NCBI RefSeq assembly: GCF_001194135.2
Contig: NC_068993.1
Span: 37,931,090-37,967,741 of the forward strand
Reading direction: 5' to 3'
DNA length: 36,652 nt
Source of the DNA: Octopus bimaculoides
Lineage: Eukaryota
Positions 34,388 through 36,652 of the stretch are shown here, piece after piece. The translations under genes were made by a program, and so were the position numbers. Every line of letters begins with the position of its first letter. The stretch's first letter is position 1. The notes below the pieces were generated by a model that worked only from the letters and a program-made list of their open reading frames with translations, did not search any database and was not told the DNA's origin.

Positions 34388-34706
34388 ATATATATACATA
34401 AAGACACACACATATACACACGGCATATATATATATTTATATCAGAAGAGAAGGAAAGAGAATGAAACTCTTTCAAGTGAAGGCCGCCCCACTCCAACTT
34501 TTTGCAGGAAAACACATTAAACCAGTAGTGATGTAATACTAATGAAAATAATAACAACAACACCACACACACATATAAATATCTATCTATCTATCTATCT
34601 ATATAGTAAGATATAAATACAGACATACATATATGCATACATACATACATAGATCTCTGCATATACATATGTTTATATATACACACATACCCGTATATAC
34701 ATATAT

Positions 34707-34774
<68 letters not shown>

Positions 34775-35019
34775 GCACACATATACATGCATATTCATGT
34801 GAATGTGTATGTGTGTCTGCCTGTGTGCTAGTTAGCCACTATTTTCTGATTCATTTTAATATGTAAGCTATATGTTTTAACAGAGATTGAAGCATGTAGG
34901 CCATTTAAGGAGTGTCTTCCAACAAGCAAGCTGACTGATTTGTTTGCTGGCCTGTTTGAATAATAGCTAACTAAGGGTTTTTTTAAGAGAAAAATATATA
35001 AAAAACAAAGAAGAGCCAA

Positions 35020-35125
35020 GGGTCATATGTACCCGGAATAATGCAGTCCTGGTTACATCATACTTCAAATAAGAATGTTGGGGACCACAGCATCCAGTTA
35101 AAGATGACCTGGGGTTAAACAATAA
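35020..35125 (-). repeat. Repeat family F fragment
   Basis: gaataatgcagtcctgg...gatgacctggggttaaacaataac. Confidence 0.5.
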
Positions 35126-35218
35126 CAGCACAGAATCACTTTGGTGTAGGGTTCAGAAGGTCATTCAAATTCTTGTTTATTTGTGAAAGGGAATCTTTAA
35201 GGATTAGGATTAGGATTG

Positions 35219-35442
35219 AGGATGGTGGATTGGTGGAATCAGTAAAGTGTTGGAAAAAAAAATGACTTTGTGGTATCTGTTACAGCTCTCTAAGTTGTGA
35301 GTTCAAACCCCATCAAGATCAAGTTTGCCTTTTGTCAACCTCTTGGAGTTGATAAAATAAAACACCAGTGCTGTACTGGAGGTTGATGTAATTGACTATC
35401 CCATCCCAGGAATTTAAGGGTTTGGTGTCTGTATAAGAAATG
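35219..35442 (+). mobile_element. SINE family C, diverged
   Basis: tggattggtggaatcagta...gagttcaaacccc...gttgataaaataaaacaccagt...tactggaggttgatgtaattgact. Confidence 0.75.
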
Positions 35443-35820
35443 CTTATGAAATATTGGAATGGTGAGCAGTACACCAAGTATTTAGTCCTACTTTTTTTCT
35501 ATCCTGGCCAATGAGAATAGTGAAGGAAAGAATGAACTAACAAGAATGTCTCTATGTAGTTTCTCACTCTGCTAGAAATAACGACCAAATCTTAGTAAAA
35601 TTATACTCTGTTGTTTTGAATATGATTGTCAGCTGTAAATATCTTTTATCATATGTCTGTTAGATCAGAGCTAACCTGAGTAGTGTTGGTCAGGAAATAA
35701 AGGAGTAATAATAGTTATAATAATGATAATGATGAAATCATAGATGTTTAAATTAACCTCCAATATGTTACTGGTATTCATTGGAACCAGCCCCAGAGGA
35801 GCTCTCTTGGATTTAAATAA

Positions 35821-36297
35821 ACCTGAAGCTAAACAGCCAAACATCACAATGAATGAACCTCTATGAAGTAATTTAGTAGAAATAGCAGCTAGATCACACC
35901 CTAGTGTCTTTAAACAGGAAGGACAGATTGGATGATGTTGTCCTAGATATATTATGAAGGCGTCACTATATGGTCTTTTGACCTGCTAGATATAGTACTC
36001 AATATATCTTCAAATCACCCTGAATTGAGCTGAGAATATGAAGGCCATACTGTCCTAGATACATTATTTACATGTACCACACAGAAACATGCTCACAAAC
36101 AAATGTTAGAGTGACTTCAAAAGGAACAATTCAGAACATAATTTTCTTGGACTTGGTTGGACTTGAAGCTAAACAATCAAATATGATAAATGAACCTCTT
36201 TGAAGTAATTTAATCTGGTAGAAATAGCAACCAAATTGCATCTTACTGTCTTTAAACAGAAAGGACAGTTTGGATAATATTGTCTTAGATATATTAT
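35821..36297 (-). repeat. Two locally duplicated family F derivatives (35821-35955 and 36161-36297)
   Basis: Both read gaagctaaaca...aatgaacctct(a/t)tgaagtaattta...tagaaatagca...gtctttaaacag(g)aaggacag.ttgga...gtc.tagatatattat. Confidence 0.8.
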
Positions 36298-36344
36298 ATA
36301 TATAAGAAAAAGTAAAATAGAAATATGAATACAGCACAGTTGAA

Positions 36345-36480
36345 TGATCAAGCTGTTCAATTTATATTCACAAGGTCCCAGGTTCAATTTGAAAGCATGA
36401 CATCTGGGGCAAATGACTTTTACTATAGCTTTGGGTCAACCAATGGTTTGTGGGAGAAACTGGGTAGACAGAAATTGGAT
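36345..36480 (+). mobile_element. SINE family A, diverged 5' half
   Basis: ccaggttcaatt...tggggcaaatgacttttactatagctttgggtcaaccaatggtttgtgg...gtagacagaaa. Confidence 0.65.
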
Positions 36481-36605
36481 GTTTAACTCATGGGGTGGAT
36501 TTTACTTATATCTCAAAGGCCCAGCCTTGTCCCACTCTCCATTGTACCGATTCTGCTTGAGGATCGCATTAATGGTACACAAGTTTGCAAGATACACAGC
36601 CAATT

Positions 36606-36652
<47 letters not shown>

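Overview
Animal nuclear DNA from a gapped draft assembly (8 N-gaps), not prokaryotic. It is very AT-rich and saturated with microsatellites ((AT)n, (GT)n, (AG)n, (ATCT)n, (AAT)n, (GAT)n). The interspersed repeats look to me like those of Octopus (coleoid cephalopod); this is pattern recognition, not a database result. I find no intact protein-coding gene. Nearly all ORFs in the track are microsatellite or N-gap translations, and the only convincing protein-like signal is two decayed RTE-clade LINE 3' ends (about 8.5-8.95 kb and 16.74-17.15 kb). The rest is about 30 tRNA-derived SINE copies in several families (labelled A, B, C, H, I here; my labels, not database names), copies of the RTE 3' tail (D), TTAA-ended MITE-like elements (E, E2), unclassified repeats (F, J) and short unique blocks. 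The window is probably a long intron or intergenic region. The most notable structures: (1) a ~220-bp, ~90% identical inverted repeat pair enclosing ~2 kb (30626-33032); (2) further inverted SINE pairs that could give dsRNA for ADAR editing; (3) family-specific coupling of SINEs to particular triplet microsatellites, forming head-to-tail chains; (4) unique blocks with dense Pbx/Hox, E-box and NK motifs, or with UTR/exon-like features. I see no convincing evidence of a new multi-gene system. Coordinates of degenerate repeats are approximate (+/-10-20 bp) and identities were estimated by eye.
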